Below are positions 12,685-23,889 of a DNA stretch of 64,000 bases, one piece after another. Under the pieces are notes generated by a model. That model was not told the origin of the DNA. It saw only the letters and a program-made list of their open reading frames with translations, and did not search any database. The DNA comes from Nitrospirota bacterium (GTDB lineage: Bacteria > Nitrospirota > UBA9217), in contig CAWFSF010000002.1 of the NCBI GenBank assembly GCA_963818475.1, forward strand, positions 384,001 to 448,000. The letters run 5' to 3'. The position numbers and the translations under genes are program-made. The number at the start of each line of letters is the position of its first letter. The stretch's first letter is position 1.

Positions 12685-14869
12685 TTAGGGCCGTTCTGCT
12701 TCGATGCCGAGCGACACCGTTCGGCAGTAGATACGTTGTTGCCTCGGCACAATAAACAGGCGGCGTACCGCCGGCGCAGAGCGTGTCCAGCGTTGCGCCC
12801 ACCGAATAGTTCATGACATTGTCATCGAGCCAGTCGATGGAGTCATAAATGAGCCGCTTTGTGTACATCCGGTTGTGCACATAAGCCCCGGGATCATGCT
12901 CCAGCAGGTTGAAGTTGAAAGCCGCGCCCATGTTGTTCTGACCGGTGTCGGGAGTGCCTAGAACTGCAACAGCGACATTGGCCGTACAACTGTAAGCCCC
13001 TGCGACCCCTGACAGCGTAAAGGTTGAGCTGCCGCCGGTCTGCCAGTTCCTGACAGGTAGGTTTAATGTCGTCGTACAGTCCGAGGTTATCGCTTGGTTA
13101 TACGTAGTATCGAAACCCGGTGCAATGAAGAAGTAAGGGCTGTAGGGAGCAAAGAAGATCCCGCGAATTGCAAGTTGGTCCTTTAACGCTTCGATGGACT
13201 CGGTAAACTGAGCCTTCTGTTCTCTCACGAGGTCGAGGATAAGCGTCGTGGATGGGCCGTGGCAATTGAAGCAAACCTCGCTTGCGATGCCGGTGATCTG
13301 TCCGATCGAGGTTGTGCTCCGGGAGACCGGCAGGAACAGATGGTTCCCGTTCTTGTTCGGACGGGACATGTGGCAGCCGATGCAGGGACCGTTGGAGCCC
13401 GTATTCACAAAAGGCGGAAGCTTCTGCGTGGCTGCGGTGCCGATCTTATCATGGAGATATTCCGGAATGTTGTTGTAGGGCCGTCCGGGAAATTCGTAGC
13501 CCGTGACCGTGAAGACCTGTCCGCCGGCGGTCAGATAGTGGGAATTGATGAACCCGCTGTTTGCAAAGTTAAACGTGGTGATGGTTCCCACGGACAGCAG
13601 CGCCGGATCGTTCAAGCCTCTTACCGTGTCGCCACTTTCCCTGCCCGTGTGGCAGGCCATGCAGACGTTCGATCCTGCAAGGTCCGGGTAGGCGTGCGAG
13701 GCCTTGGCATAGATCTTGGGGGACGTGCCGTAATCATACTTCGCCGTGATCGCCCCGGGGTTCCTAAGAGCCCCCTTGTTGTCCGTGTGGCAACCGTTGC
13801 ATTTGAGCATCTCGGGTTTCCAGTTGAAAGAAGTAGTAGCACTGGAAAACTGCGAATTGAGGCCGCTGTTGATGTCGCTTGCGAGCTTGGCGTCCCCGGA
13901 CCTAAGCGCATCCGCGTAAGCAGTGTAGCCGGTGGTCGTGTGACAGCGCTGGCAAGCGTTGTATGAGCTTGCGCCCCAGGCATAGTGAGCCCAGGCGCCG
14001 CTGAAATAGCCGGTTCCGGTCGAGTTTAAGTTAAAAGGATTCTTGTCGGCATGCGCCGATTGCGCCCATTCTCTGTTCTGCGTGGGCGGTTTGTGAGGAT
14101 TGTGGCAGTTCACACAGACCTTCTTGTCGCTGTAGTCCGTTCTGTAAATACCCTGCGCATCCCGATAACTCATGGAATAGCCGGTAATGGCCTTGGTGCC
14201 GGAGTTTCCGATGCCAGTCCAGTCACCTGGAGTTGCAAAGTGCGTGTCCGTAATGCTGAACTGGTTGCCGCTTGCACTCAGCTCATCTGTTCCGCCGGGG
14301 TCATGCGCTGCTGGCGCGGTTCCTGTGCCCGTCGTGTCCAGCAACCCATGGCAGGAGGTGCACATGACGAACTGGGCTGAGGCCTGGACCGTGCCGGTGC
14401 CCCAGGTAACGGGAGGCGTGTCGGGAATAACAGAGATGGGCCCCATCCCGCCCGCACCCGCGTGCAGGCTTCCCCCGCCATGGCAGGTTTCGCAGCCGAT
14501 AACCGGTCGCAGGATGCCGGCAGCACCGAGATAGCCCGGGGTGAGCTTGCCGCTGTCCCCGTTCGGGTCATGGCAGGCCACACATTCGACTCCTCCTGCC
14601 TGTACCTGAGCAAACGTCGGACTCCCCACGCTGTACAGGTCACCCGGCGTACTCAGGTTCGCATGCTTGCTCGTCAGCCAGTCGGCGACCATCGCCGTAT
14701 GGCACGTGGCGCACGTGGCCAGTCCGACAGTCGGCGTTGATGCCGTTAGCACGTTTTCTGTTGCCGTGGGGGTATTCTCCTCTGTTGAGGAGCCGCACCC
14801 GGCGAGCAGGGCGGCCGCAGACATCACGGCCAGAAGCAGAAATACCATTCTTCGTTTATGCATATGCAA
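12685..14869 (-). CDS. Outer-surface multiheme lipoprotein cytochrome c (OmcB/OmcC-like, 10 CXXCH)
   Basis: Lipobox LAGC and ten CXXCH motifs. C-terminal GAAFNFNLLEHDPGAYVHN..KRLIYDSIDWLD. Removing one base near 12713 gives the end LGIEAERP*. Confidence 0.88.
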
Positions 14870-14948
14870 TACCCTCCTTCACAAATTGGCAATGTATTTT
14901 TTATCGGGCAGGAAAACGGCACGTACACCGCCCTCCCTGCGTCCGCTC

Positions 14949-15665
14949 TTAGCTGCCTGCAACCTTGTCAATATCGAGCAGGATGAACAACCGGCCGTCC
15001 TTGCGAGCAATGCCGCGAAGAAACTCGATGCCATGCTCGACCGTTTCCGGCACTGCCCGCACCAGGTCGGGCGAAAGCTTCACCACACCCGTCACCCGGT
15101 CCACAATGAATCCTATCTTTTCATCGTCCACCGAGACCACCACCACCCGGGACTTTTCGTTCATGGCTGCCGGGCCGAGGCCCAGGCGCTTGCCGAGGTC
15201 GATGATGGTCAGCATCGTGCCGCGCAGCGAGCTCACGCCGAGGATATACTCCGGCGCGTTCGGCACCGGCGTCAGGCTCCACATCTTGAGCACTTCGTTC
15301 ACTTGTTCGACGGCAACCACATACTCTTCCCCGCTCAGCAGAAAGGCGACCATCTCGGTCTCGGCCGCTGGTTCCGCGGGCAATGCTGCTTCAGCAACTG
15401 GCGGTCCCGGTGCCGGCCCATCACTTCGCAGGATTTCGGCAGCCTCAGGCGCAGGTAAAGCAGCCTCGGCTGCAACCATCGGAGCAACCTGCACTGCAGG
15501 TTCAGGCTCAACCGGCACAGGGGGCGACGGGACAACTGCTTCCGCTGGGGCGCTTTCCGGCGCTGCGGGGACTGGCTGCTGTTCGACGGAAGCGGACAGT
15601 TCTTCCTTCTTTTTTTCCGCCTGCGCCCGCTCAGCCGCCTTTTTTCGTGCTGCCAGAATGTCCAT
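14949..15665 (-). CDS. cheW: CheW with a Pro/Ala-rich N-terminal extension
   Basis: TPVPNAPEYILGVSSLRGTMLTIIDLGKRLG, IGFIVDRV. Confidence 0.9.
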   Translation of the reverse strand: MDILAARKKAAERAQAEKKKEELSASVEQQPVPAAPESAPAEAVVPSPPVPVEPEPAVQVAPMVAAEAALPAPEAAEILRSDGPAPGPPVAEAALPAEPAAETEMVAFLLSGEEYVVAVEQVNEVLKMWSLTPVPNAPEYILGVSSLRGTMLTIIDLGKRLGLGPAAMNEKSRVVVVSVDDEKIGFIVDRVTGVVKLSPDLVRAVPETVEHGIEFLRGIARKDGRLFILLDIDKVAGS

Positions 15666-15716
15666 GGTAACCTTTAATACAAGATTCAATAGTGGTAATT
15701 ACTCAGGTCAAAACAT

Positions 15717-15845
15717 TATCCGCAGATTTCACAGATTAAAACAAACTTGAATTATGTTTTATAAAATCTGCGTCGCTTAGAAGCGCCTACTTTTGGCCAT
15801 CTGCGTAATCTGCGGCCAAAAGGTTTTCTCTGGTGTAACGCCCTT
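15717..15845. repeat. 9-bp-periodic inverted-repeat element (CGCAGATTA type), copy 1
   Basis: ATCCGCAGATTTCACAGATT ... ATCTGCGTAATCTGCGG. Core and tail (TTTTCTCTGGTGTAACGCCCTT) are shared with 16740-16858. Confidence 0.8.
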
Positions 15846-15875
15846 GCGGCCGATAGAGCGTAAGTGCGTTCTGTT

Positions 15876-16673
15876 CTACCCTAACTCCTTCACCACATCT
15901 TCAAGGATCTCCGCATTGATCATGGCAGCGCCCCGGCCGAAGCCCTCGAACAGGGCATTGCCGGCGATGATGTTGATGCGGCGCGGCACGCCGCCTGAAT
16001 GCTGATACAGGACTGCGATGGCTTCTTCGTCAAAGAGCGGTTCTGCCCTGCCTGCCACGCGGAGCCGGTGCTGGACGAACTCGCGGGTCTCGTCAAGGTC
16101 GAGCGGCCCCAGGTGATACTGCATCCCGATCCGCTGGCGAAGCGCCCGGTAGGGCTTTTTGTTCAGCCGCTCCCGGAGCTCGGTCTGGCCGATCAGCACC
16201 AGCGCCATGAGGTTGCGGTCGTCGAGCTGAAAGTTCGTGAGCAGCCGCAGCTCTTCGAAGGTCGCCTTGCCCGGAATAAGCTGCGCCTCGTCGATGATCA
16301 CGACGGTGCGCCGGCCTGCCTCAAAAAGCTCAAACAGCTTCGCATTGATCGCCTCGAGCACCTCATGCCGGTGCCTGCTTGCTTCTCCGATGCCCAGGCG
16401 GAGCGTAATGGTCCGCAGCAGCTGGGACGGCGAAAGCAGCGGATTGATGATCAGCACCGGATAATATCCGCTGTCCAGGGAATCGATGAGCGCCCGGGAC
16501 AGGGTCGTCTTGCCCGACCCGATATCGCCGGTCAACAGAACGATGTCCTGCTCTTCCACTGCAAGCTGGAGCCGCGCCAGCGCCTCGGCGTGCTTCCGCC
16601 CATGGAACAGGAAACGCGGGTCCGGCGTCTTGCTGAACGGCTTTTCCCTCAGTCCGTAAAAGTCTTCGTACAT
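15876..16673 (-). CDS. ExeA/GspA-family AAA ATPase
   Basis: MYEDFYGLREKPFSKTPDPRF, Walker A GDIGSGKT, Walker B VVIIDEAQ, LIGQTEL, SGGVPRRIN. Confidence 0.92.
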   Translation of the reverse strand: MYEDFYGLREKPFSKTPDPRFLFHGRKHAEALARLQLAVEEQDIVLLTGDIGSGKTTLSRALIDSLDSGYYPVLIINPLLSPSQLLRTITLRLGIGEASRHRHEVLEAINAKLFELFEAGRRTVVIIDEAQLIPGKATFEELRLLTNFQLDDRNLMALVLIGQTELRERLNKKPYRALRQRIGMQYHLGPLDLDETREFVQHRLRVAGRAEPLFDEEAIAVLYQHSGGVPRRINIIAGNALFEGFGRGAAMINAEILEDVVKELG

Positions 16674-16739
16674 AGCGCGTTAACCATGGAATCTGGGTGA
16701 GAAACATGAAACCCTTTACACCTGCTCAGGTCCATATAC

Positions 16740-16858
16740 TATCCGCAGATTACGCAGATTACGCAGATTAAAAAACAAACCCGAATTATGTTATTTAAAA
16801 TCTGCGTCCATCTGCGAAATCTGCGAACAAAAGGGTTTTTCTCTGGTGTAACGCCCTT
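16740..16858. repeat. 9-bp-periodic inverted-repeat element (CGCAGATTA type), copy 2; followed by a 7-mer tract at 16860-16890
   Basis: CGCAGATTA x3 ... ATCTGCGTCCATCTGCGAAATCTGCG, then TTCCGCAATCCGAAATCCGCATTCCGCAAT. Confidence 0.8.
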
Positions 16859-16894
16859 CATTCCGCAATCCGAAATCCGCATTCCGCAATTTCG

Positions 16895-18904
16895 TTACGA
16901 GTATTGTCTCGTAACTCCTGCTTTTCTGAACGCTCCTTCGATGAGCGACTCCACGTCCAGAACGAGCACAACGCCCCGCTTGTCGCCGAGCTCGGTGGCG
17001 CCGGCGATGCCGGGGATCTCCGCCAGCCGCTTCCCGAGCGGTTTGATCACGATCTCCTGCTGGTCTTTGAGCCCTTCCACCACGATCCCGAGACGGCGCT
17101 CCGCAAGGCCGACAAGAATGACATAGAACGATCCGAACCGCTGCTCCCCGGCCAAATTGAAGGCCCGCGTAAGCCGAAGCAGCGGAACGGTGTCTTCCCG
17201 GATGGCGATGACCTCGCGCGTTTCCACGGTCCGCACCTGGTCCGGTGTGGCCTGCAGGATCTCGAGCACGGCGTTGAGCGGGATGGCGAACACCTGGCCG
17301 GCCGCCTCGACGATCAGCGCCTTGATGATGGCGAGCGTGATCGGGAGCGTCAGCGTGAACCGTGTTCCCACGCCGAGCTCGGTCTCGATGTCGATCATAC
17401 CGGAGAGCCGCGAGACGTTCTTTTTCACGACGTCCATGCCCACGCCGCGGCCGGAGATCTCGGTCACCGTATCGCGGGTGGTGAAGCCCGGCAGGAAGAT
17501 AAGATCGAGAATGTCCTTGCGGTCGATCACCGGATCGAGCCCGTGGTCGCTCTCAAGGATGCCCTTTTCGCACGGCCTTGGCCAGGATCGCTTCGGCCGA
17601 TATGCCGGCGCCGTCGTCCTCGACCGTGATCACCACGTGGTTGCCGCGCGGGAACGCCGTGAGCCTGACGCTGCCCTGCTCCGGCTTCCCGACCTGCCGC
17701 CGCACCTCGGGCGGTTCGATGCCGTGATCGATGGCGTTCCTGATGAGGTGCATCAGCGGGTCCGCAAGGTCTTCGATCATGAGCTTGTCGAGCTCCGTCT
17801 CTTCGCCCTGAAGCTGCAGATCGATCTCCTTGCCCGCATCCTTGGCGTATTTGCGGACCACCGACGACAGGCGCGTAAAGATCTGGCCGATGGGCACCAT
17901 CCGGACCTCGAGGATGCCCTCCTGCAGTTCGTTCAGCTTCCGCTCGAGGCTCTTGTGCGCCTTGTGCAGCTCCACGGAGATGCCGGTATAGCCCTGGAGC
18001 TGCCGCAGTTCCTTCACGATCCTGCCGATGATGTTCTTGGTCAGATGCATCTCGCCGACGGTGTTCATGAGGCTGTCGAGGCGGAAGATGTCGACGCGCA
18101 CGGTATTGCTCACGGATTTGAGCATCGTTGCTTCGGGTTTCGCTTCTTCGGCCTTCGCGCCCTGGCGGTACGCCACCGGCTCGATCGAGACGTTCGGCAG
18201 GGCCAGGGCCGCGGTCAGCGCGGCGCGGTCCTTTGGCGTGCCGAGGACCATGGTAAAACCGATGCCGCTGCCCTGTGCGCCTGCGGTCGGCAGGGTGCAG
18301 ATGATCTCGCCGTTCTTCTTGAGCGGTCTCGTTCAGGGCCTTGATCCCGGCTTCGAAATCAGTGAGCTCGTACGACAACCTTGACCATGAACAGGTTCGT
18401 TCGCTCTCGGATGTTCTCCTTCAGCCGGTATTCCTCGTACTCCGTCAGGACCTGCAGGATCCCCCGGTCGAGATCGATCTGCTCCAGCAGCGACCGGCCC
18501 TCTGCTGCCGAGGGTTTTGCCTTCAGGACCGCGTCAATGCGTTCCATGGCCGGGGTGATGTCATCGCTCGGCTGGCGGGCAGCCACCTGCTGCACCAGCC
18601 GCCCGATGAGCGAAAGCGTCTCGAGCACCACATCCAGGGCCTGCCGGCCCAGAGCGACCTTGCCGAGCCTGAGTTCGTCCAGCAGGAACTCCAGCTTATG
18701 CGTGATGTCCGACGGGGCCTTGAGCCCGTACATCCCGGCCAGGCCCTTGAACGAATGAACGGCGCGGAACAGCGAGTTCAGGACGTCCGGGTCGGTGCGG
18801 CCCGCGGCCAGGGCGTTCTCGAGCGACAGCAGCGCCTGGTTGGCCGTCTCCAGGATGTCCTCCGCCTCTGCCAGAAAATCTTTTATGGGCCGGTCTGAAG
18901 TCAC
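16895..18904 (-). CDS. cheA: Chemotaxis histidine kinase CheA; several frameshifts
   Basis: Hpt FRAVHSFKGLAG, dimerisation TVRVDIFRLDSLMNTVGE, HLIRNAIDHGIE, EDDGAGI, ISGRGVGMDVV, and a C-terminal CheW domain. Confidence 0.92.
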
Positions 18905-18998
18905 GCTATCGCTCCCGATCAAATGCGGATCAAATGTGGAATGCACGCATATGTCCTACAGGCTTTCTCGCTCCGAACTCCGAACTCCAGGCTCCGCA

Positions 18999-19373
18999 CT
19001 ACGTACCACTCCCCAGCACCTTCCCTACCGCAGCCATGAGGTCGGCCCTGGTAAACGGCTTCACCACATAGCCGGCCGCGCCGAGCGCCAGGCCGCGCTT
19101 CACGTCCTCCTCGGTCTTTTCCGTGCTGACGATGATCAGCGGGATGTCCCGGTAGGCGGGGTTGGACTTCACAAAGCCGATCAGTTCAAGTCCGTTGATG
19201 TCGGGCATGTTGATGTCGGTGATGATGAGGTCGAAGCGGCGCGTCGGGAGCGTTTTCAGGGCCTCGAATCCGTTCGCCGCCTCGACAACGTAGAATCCGC
19301 CGGCCTCCTCGAGCGACACGCGGATCATCGAGCGGATGGCCTTGGAATCCTCCACGATGAGAATGTTCTTCAT
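18999..19373 (-). CDS. cheY: CheY-like single-domain response regulator
   Basis: MKNILIVEDS, IITDINMPDINGLE, VSTE, YVVKPF. Confidence 0.9.
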   Translation of the reverse strand: MKNILIVEDSKAIRSMIRVSLEEAGGFYVVEAANGFEALKTLPTRRFDLIITDINMPDINGLELIGFVKSNPAYRDIPLIIVSTEKTEEDVKRGLALGAAGYVVKPFTRADLMAAVGKVLGSGT

Positions 19374-20582
19374 CTTCTCTCCTTCTGCAGTTCCGCGATC
19401 CGCTTTTCGAGCAGCGCCTTTTCGAGCGCCATTCCCGCCTGGTTCATGAAGATCTCGAGCGTGTCGACGCCCCTGATCGGACTGCCGTTCGGGCAGGTTG
19501 TCGCCGTAGACGACCAGGACCACCTTGCTGTCGACGACCAGGGGAATGGCAAGCACCGGATCGGGCTGCGCGCCGCCGAGCTCGTTGGCAAGATAATTAT
19601 TGCATTCGTTCGATTCGAGCGGCCCCAGATAGCTGCGCCGGTTCTCGATGACGGTCAGGAACAGGGACGGTTTGTTGAGCGGGATCTTGATGTTGCGCAC
19701 GACCTGGTCGGCCGAGCGCCCCTTCAGCTCGATGCCGAACTGGCCGAGCCCCCGCACCTCGTCCTTCTTGACCATGAACAGAACAGCGCGGTTCACGACC
19801 TCGCTGGCATAGCGCAGGATCAGCAGCGTGACTTCGGAAGTCGCCGTGGGAAACCGAAGCTCATCGAACATGGACCTGAGCGTCGAGATCTCTCGCTGCG
19901 GCGCTTCGGTCTCGATGCGGGTGCGGAATTCTTCTTTGGCGGGTTCGTAGCTGACATGCGCCGGAGCAGCAGGCGGCGGCAGGGGCCGCAGCCGGCGGCT
20001 GGCGGCGTTGGCGGCGCTGCAGGGGCCGGGGCTGCTTTGGACGCCGGGGAAGGCGCCGATTTCCGGCTTTCGTGGCGCCGCTCGTCGAGGATCCGGGTGC
20101 CCTCCATCAGCAGATACTCGGCGCTGATGCCGCGACTTGAGGAGGAACTCCTGGGTGTCGATCTCGATCTTGTCCTTCGGCGCGATCTCGCCGAGCTCAA
20201 AATTGAAAAATCCTTCTTCCCAGGCCAGCAGGTCGTAAATGATCTCCTCGATCTGCTTGCGCACCACGGTCTGGAGGGTCTCCGGCGGGACCAGCCCCAT
20301 CTCGACAAGGATCATGCCGAGCGGGGTATCGGTCTCCTTTTTCTGGCGCGCCAGCGCCTGCGCAAGGCCCGGTGCGGTCAGCATGCCCTGCGACACCAGG
20401 ATGTTGCCCAGCGAGTCGCGGATGCCGTCACTGGCGGCCTGGATGACCTGGCCGTTCTTGAACACAACCATCCCCATTCCCTTGCGGCTTCGCACAACAA
20501 GGGTGCCGGTCTTTTTACTTAGACTGATGATCTGGAAAATATCCGGTAAGGCAAGATCTTCCAGCCTGCCGACAAGGCTCAT
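19370..20582 (-). CDS. DUF4388 (PATAN-like) protein with a C-terminal GAF-like domain; frameshifted
   Basis: MSLVGRLEDLALPDIFQIISLSKKTGTL, LLAWEEGFFNF. The true C-terminus (EIFMNQAGMALEKALLEKRI) is in ORF 19370-19591. Confidence 0.8.
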
Positions 20583-20610
20583 GCATTCTCCGTAGTACGC
20601 AGTTCGCCAA

Positions 20611-20638
20611 ATTATAGCAGTTTAGACAATAAATGCAA
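20611..20638 (-). promoter_or_regulatory. sigma70-type promoter for the chemosensory gene string
   Basis: TTGCAT-16-TATAAT with an extended -10 TG, about 30 bp upstream of the first gene. Confidence 0.6.
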
Positions 20639-20881
20639 GATTAATTCATCAGTTAGGGGGGGTGCGCGGAAGGAGGATAAGCAGGGCTAACGCTGATGCA
20701 GGGCCGGTCAGAGCACCGGTGTTTTCTCTCATGATGGCAGGCAAAGAAGCCATGACAGAGATATTAAAACAGAAAATCTCAAATCACAAAAGCAGGTGTA
20801 TTGCGGCGTCCAGGGAATGCACAGAATTGCACCCCCGTGTGATTTTTCTGCAGCCGGGGCTATGAAGCGTGGCTCCCCGGA

Positions 20882-21379
20882 TCAGGTGTTCCTGAAGTTC
20901 TCGAACTGAAGCTCGATGCCGAAGTCCTTTCCTTTCAGGAGTTGGATGACCGTCTGGAGGTCATCCCTGCTTTTGCCGGTGACGCGGACCTGGTCCGACT
21001 GGATCGAGGCCTGCACCTTGATCTTGGAGTCCTTGATCGCCTTCACGACCTCTTTGGCCTTGTCGACGGGGATGCCCTGCTGAAGGGTCAGCCGCTGCCG
21101 TACCGTGCCCGAGAGGGCCGGCTCCAGCTTGCCGTAGGAGATGTTCCGGGTCGGCACGCCGCGCTTCACGAGCTTTCCCTGGAGGATATCGATGACGCTC
21201 TTGAGCTTATATTCATCGTCGGACGCGACCACGAGGTCGTCCTTTTCCTGCGTGATGTTCGACTTGCTTCCTTTAAAATCGAAGCGCTGGCCGATCTCCT
21301 TCAGGGCCTGGGTCACGGCGTTCGTGACCTCGGCCATGTCGATCTTTGATACCACGTCAAAAGAATTTTCTGCAGCCAT
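20882..21379 (-). CDS. yajQ: YajQ family cyclic-di-GMP/nucleotide-binding protein
   Basis: [45 protein letters not shown]. Confidence 0.95.
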   Translation of the reverse strand: MAAENSFDVVSKIDMAEVTNAVTQALKEIGQRFDFKGSKSNITQEKDDLVVASDDEYKLKSVIDILQGKLVKRGVPTRNISYGKLEPALSGTVRQRLTLQQGIPVDKAKEVVKAIKDSKIKVQASIQSDQVRVTGKSRDDLQTVIQLLKGKDFGIELQFENFRNT

Positions 21380-21525
21380 GGTTGCCTCCTTAGTGAAATT
21401 CAGATCACGAAGGCAGGAAGATCCAAGAAGTTTCAAGAATCAAATTCAAACTTCGTTTCGGTTATTTGCACTGCCATTTGGCTTCTTACTTCTGTAATTC
21501 GTTACTTTTGCCTGATTTTTATCTT

Positions 21526-22222
21526 TCACTGTTCAATAACTTCCGTTCCCTTGGGCGCTTTGAACACGAAGCGCTTGTCGTCGATGCCTGCGCCTTCCCG
21601 CATGTCGGAAAAAATAATTTCCGTCCTGTTCCCCGTTTTGTCCAAAATATCAAGCGAAGCAATGCGGCCGGCGTCATCGGACCCGAGGATCAGTTTTTTC
21701 ATGGCAGCGCCGGTCTTTTTCGGGACCAGTTCGAGCCGCCGCGGAGCTGTTGGATCGGGCTGGCGCACCTCGAAATCGTCGCGGATATGCGCTGCGCCCA
21801 GCAGGAACGCAACGGGAATGTTCATCTGCTCGATATCGGAAAAGGTCTTCTTGACGACCTGCTCGCTCTTCAGGGAATAGAACAGCGCTGCCTTGCCATC
21901 GACCAGGATGACCTGGCCGTTCGTGTAGTCAAGGCGCAGCCTGCCCGGCTTTTTGATCCAGAGCACAGCCTCAAAGGTCTGCGTCTTATCGAGCGACTTG
22001 AGGTGGTTCTTCTGGACCACTTTTGCCGTAAGGTCAATGAGTTCCCGGTAATGGTTCTCGACGGCCAGAACCGCCTCCTCAACGGACTGAGCTGCTGCCG
22101 GCGGCACGAACGCGGCTGCGACTAGAGCGAGGAAGAAGGCTGCCGCTGCAAGAATTCGTTCTTTCCCTGCAGGAGCACCGGAGGATACCTTTGAGTTCGT
22201 TTGTTCGATTAGTAGTTGCCAT
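21526..22222 (-). CDS. lolA: Outer-membrane lipoprotein carrier LolA (start uncertain)
   Basis: WIKKPGRLRLDY, ILDKTGNRTEIIFS, FVFKAPKGTEVI. A hydrophobic signal segment is present, but the ATG at 22222 is out of frame (probable indel). Confidence 0.8.
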
Positions 22223-22442
22223 GTTCTTCTCCAATGTGTAGCATCATACCATAAATAATTTTCCCTGAGAAGATAGAAAAGAACAGGTCTTGATGACTCG
22301 TGGCAGACTGTTTCACTCAGGGGCACTGAGGGAACAGAGAGAGCGGCGGCGTTTTCAGATCGATTATCGACCTGCAGGTTTTTACTGTTAACGAATGCAT
22401 CAACCTTGACAATACCCTGTCTCACGATTATCATGCAGCCTT

Positions 22443-23327
22443 ATGAACCCTCGCACTGCTGTTGACGACTCCATCCTGCAATGCCCGGTCTGCCGGGAAG
22501 CCCTGCTCCGTGCCGCAAGCGGCTACCAATGCGCGAATAAACACAGCTTTGATGCCGCCCGCCAGGGATACGTCAATTTTCTCCTTGCCCACAAGAAGCA
22601 TTCCAAAGAACCTGGCGATAGCCGGGAAATGATTGAGAGCCGGAGAAGATTTCTGGACCGGGGGGTTTACAACAGGGTATCTGACGGCATCAACGGGGCC
22701 GTTGCCGACGATCTCGGCCGGCCGGAGCGCGGACGGCCTTTCACCATTCTTGACGCCGGCTGCGGAGAGGGCTTTTATCTGAAGCGGCTCAAAGAATCTC
22801 TGGCACAGAGGCCGGGGACGCCATGCCCCGTTGATTATTACGGCGTCGACATCTCCAAGGTTGCAGTCCGCCAGGCAACACAGCGCGACAAGACGATGAA
22901 CTGGTTCGTTGCCAGCATCGTTGACCTGCCTTTTGCGCCCGGCGCCCTCGATATTGTTCTGAATGTTTTTTCGCTGGCGGATTTTGCCGAGTTCTCCCGC
23001 ATCCTGCGAGCCTCGGGAAAACTCGTGATCGCGAGCCCCGGCCCGCGGCACCTCAACGGCTTGCGGGAGATCATTTATCCGGTAGCCCGGGAGCATGCCG
23101 GGTCAACAAGGGCTGAACAAGCGAGAGGCCTTTTTTCTCTTGCTGATGAAAAGAGAATTAATTATCAGCTGGAGCTGCAGAGCAGCCAGGAGATCATGGA
23201 CCTTCTGGCAATGACTCCCTATTTCTGGAACATCGACCTGAACACGAAATCCAAGGTGGAGGCTCTTGACCGGCTGGCGCTGGATGTCGACGTGCTGATA
23301 AGCGTCTTCAAAAAGACCGCGCGATGA
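22443..23327 (+). CDS. rlmA: 23S rRNA m1G745 methyltransferase RlmA-like
   Basis: Zn finger CPVC..CANKHSFD.ARQGYVN, GDSREM...RRRFL, ILDAGCGEGFY, MTPY. Confidence 0.88.
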   Translation: MNPRTAVDDSILQCPVCREALLRAASGYQCANKHSFDAARQGYVNFLLAHKKHSKEPGDSREMIESRRRFLDRGVYNRVSDGINGAVADDLGRPERGRPFTILDAGCGEGFYLKRLKESLAQRPGTPCPVDYYGVDISKVAVRQATQRDKTMNWFVASIVDLPFAPGALDIVLNVFSLADFAEFSRILRASGKLVIASPGPRHLNGLREIIYPVAREHAGSTRAEQARGLFSLADEKRINYQLELQSSQEIMDLLAMTPYFWNIDLNTKSKVEALDRLALDVDVLISVFKKTAR

Positions 23328-23457
23328 AGCCGACGGAGAGGCCGCACGCCATGGAATGAAAAGCGACACGCAAAGCAGAAGGCCGTCAGACTATTGCGTT
23401 CGGGCAGGGGCGGGACAAGAGATACTGAGTGAGAAAAGACCTGGTGAGGAAAAGAAC

Positions 23458-23489
23458 GAGGCCCGCTTCTTGGAAGATGAGCGGGCCTC
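23458..23489. terminator. Hairpin between the convergent rlmA and HU genes
   Basis: GAGGCCCGCT ... AGCGGGCCTC. Confidence 0.6.
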
Positions 23490-23507
23490 ATTCCTGAAAA
23501 GAAATGA

Positions 23508-23795
23508 TTACTTTGCGCCGAGGATCGCGTCTTTGGCTGCTTTGGCAACGCGGAACTTGACGACTTTCTTCGCCTTGATCTTGATGGCTTCACCGGTCGC
23601 AGGGTTTCTGCCCATACGGGCTTTGCGCTGTACGAGCACGAGCTTGCCGATGCCGGGCAGCGTGAAGGTGTTCTTCGCTTCCTTATAGGCAACTTCTGCG
23701 ATGAACTCCAGGATGTCGCTGGCAGCCTTCTTGGTAAGTGATGCCTTCTCTGCGAGCTTTGCTACCAACTGCGATTTCGTCATTGCTTTTGCCAT
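23508..23795 (-). CDS. hup: HU family DNA-binding protein
   Basis: MTKSQLV, LPGIGKL, RKARMGRNPATGEAIKI. Confidence 0.93.
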   Translation of the reverse strand: MAKAMTKSQLVAKLAEKASLTKKAASDILEFIAEVAYKEAKNTFTLPGIGKLVLVQRKARMGRNPATGEAIKIKAKKVVKFRVAKAAKDAILGAK

Positions 23796-23836
23796 GTAAC
23801 CCCTCCTGTAAAGTAGAATGTGCGTACAATGCTGTA

Positions 23837-23865
23837 ACTATAAGCTATTGAGCGCTTGTTGGCAA
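23837..23865 (-). promoter_or_regulatory. sigma70-type promoter of HU
   Basis: TTGCCA-17-TATAGT upstream of RBS GGAGG. Confidence 0.6.
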
Positions 23866-23889
23866 GCACTCTCTTCATTTTATTTTTGA

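Noticed and set aside
1-20582. Mass pseudogenisation or programmed frameshifting of the che and cytochrome genes
   Set aside because: The breaks are single-base indels with intact motifs on both sides and no accumulation of in-frame stops. ftsK, normally essential, is broken the same way, so sequencing or consensus error is the simpler explanation.
18999-20582. DUF4388-CheY fusion (527-aa ORF)
   Set aside because: Produced by indels. The DUF4388 protein has its own C-terminus and stop at 19370 in another frame, and CheY has its own RBS and ATG at 19373.
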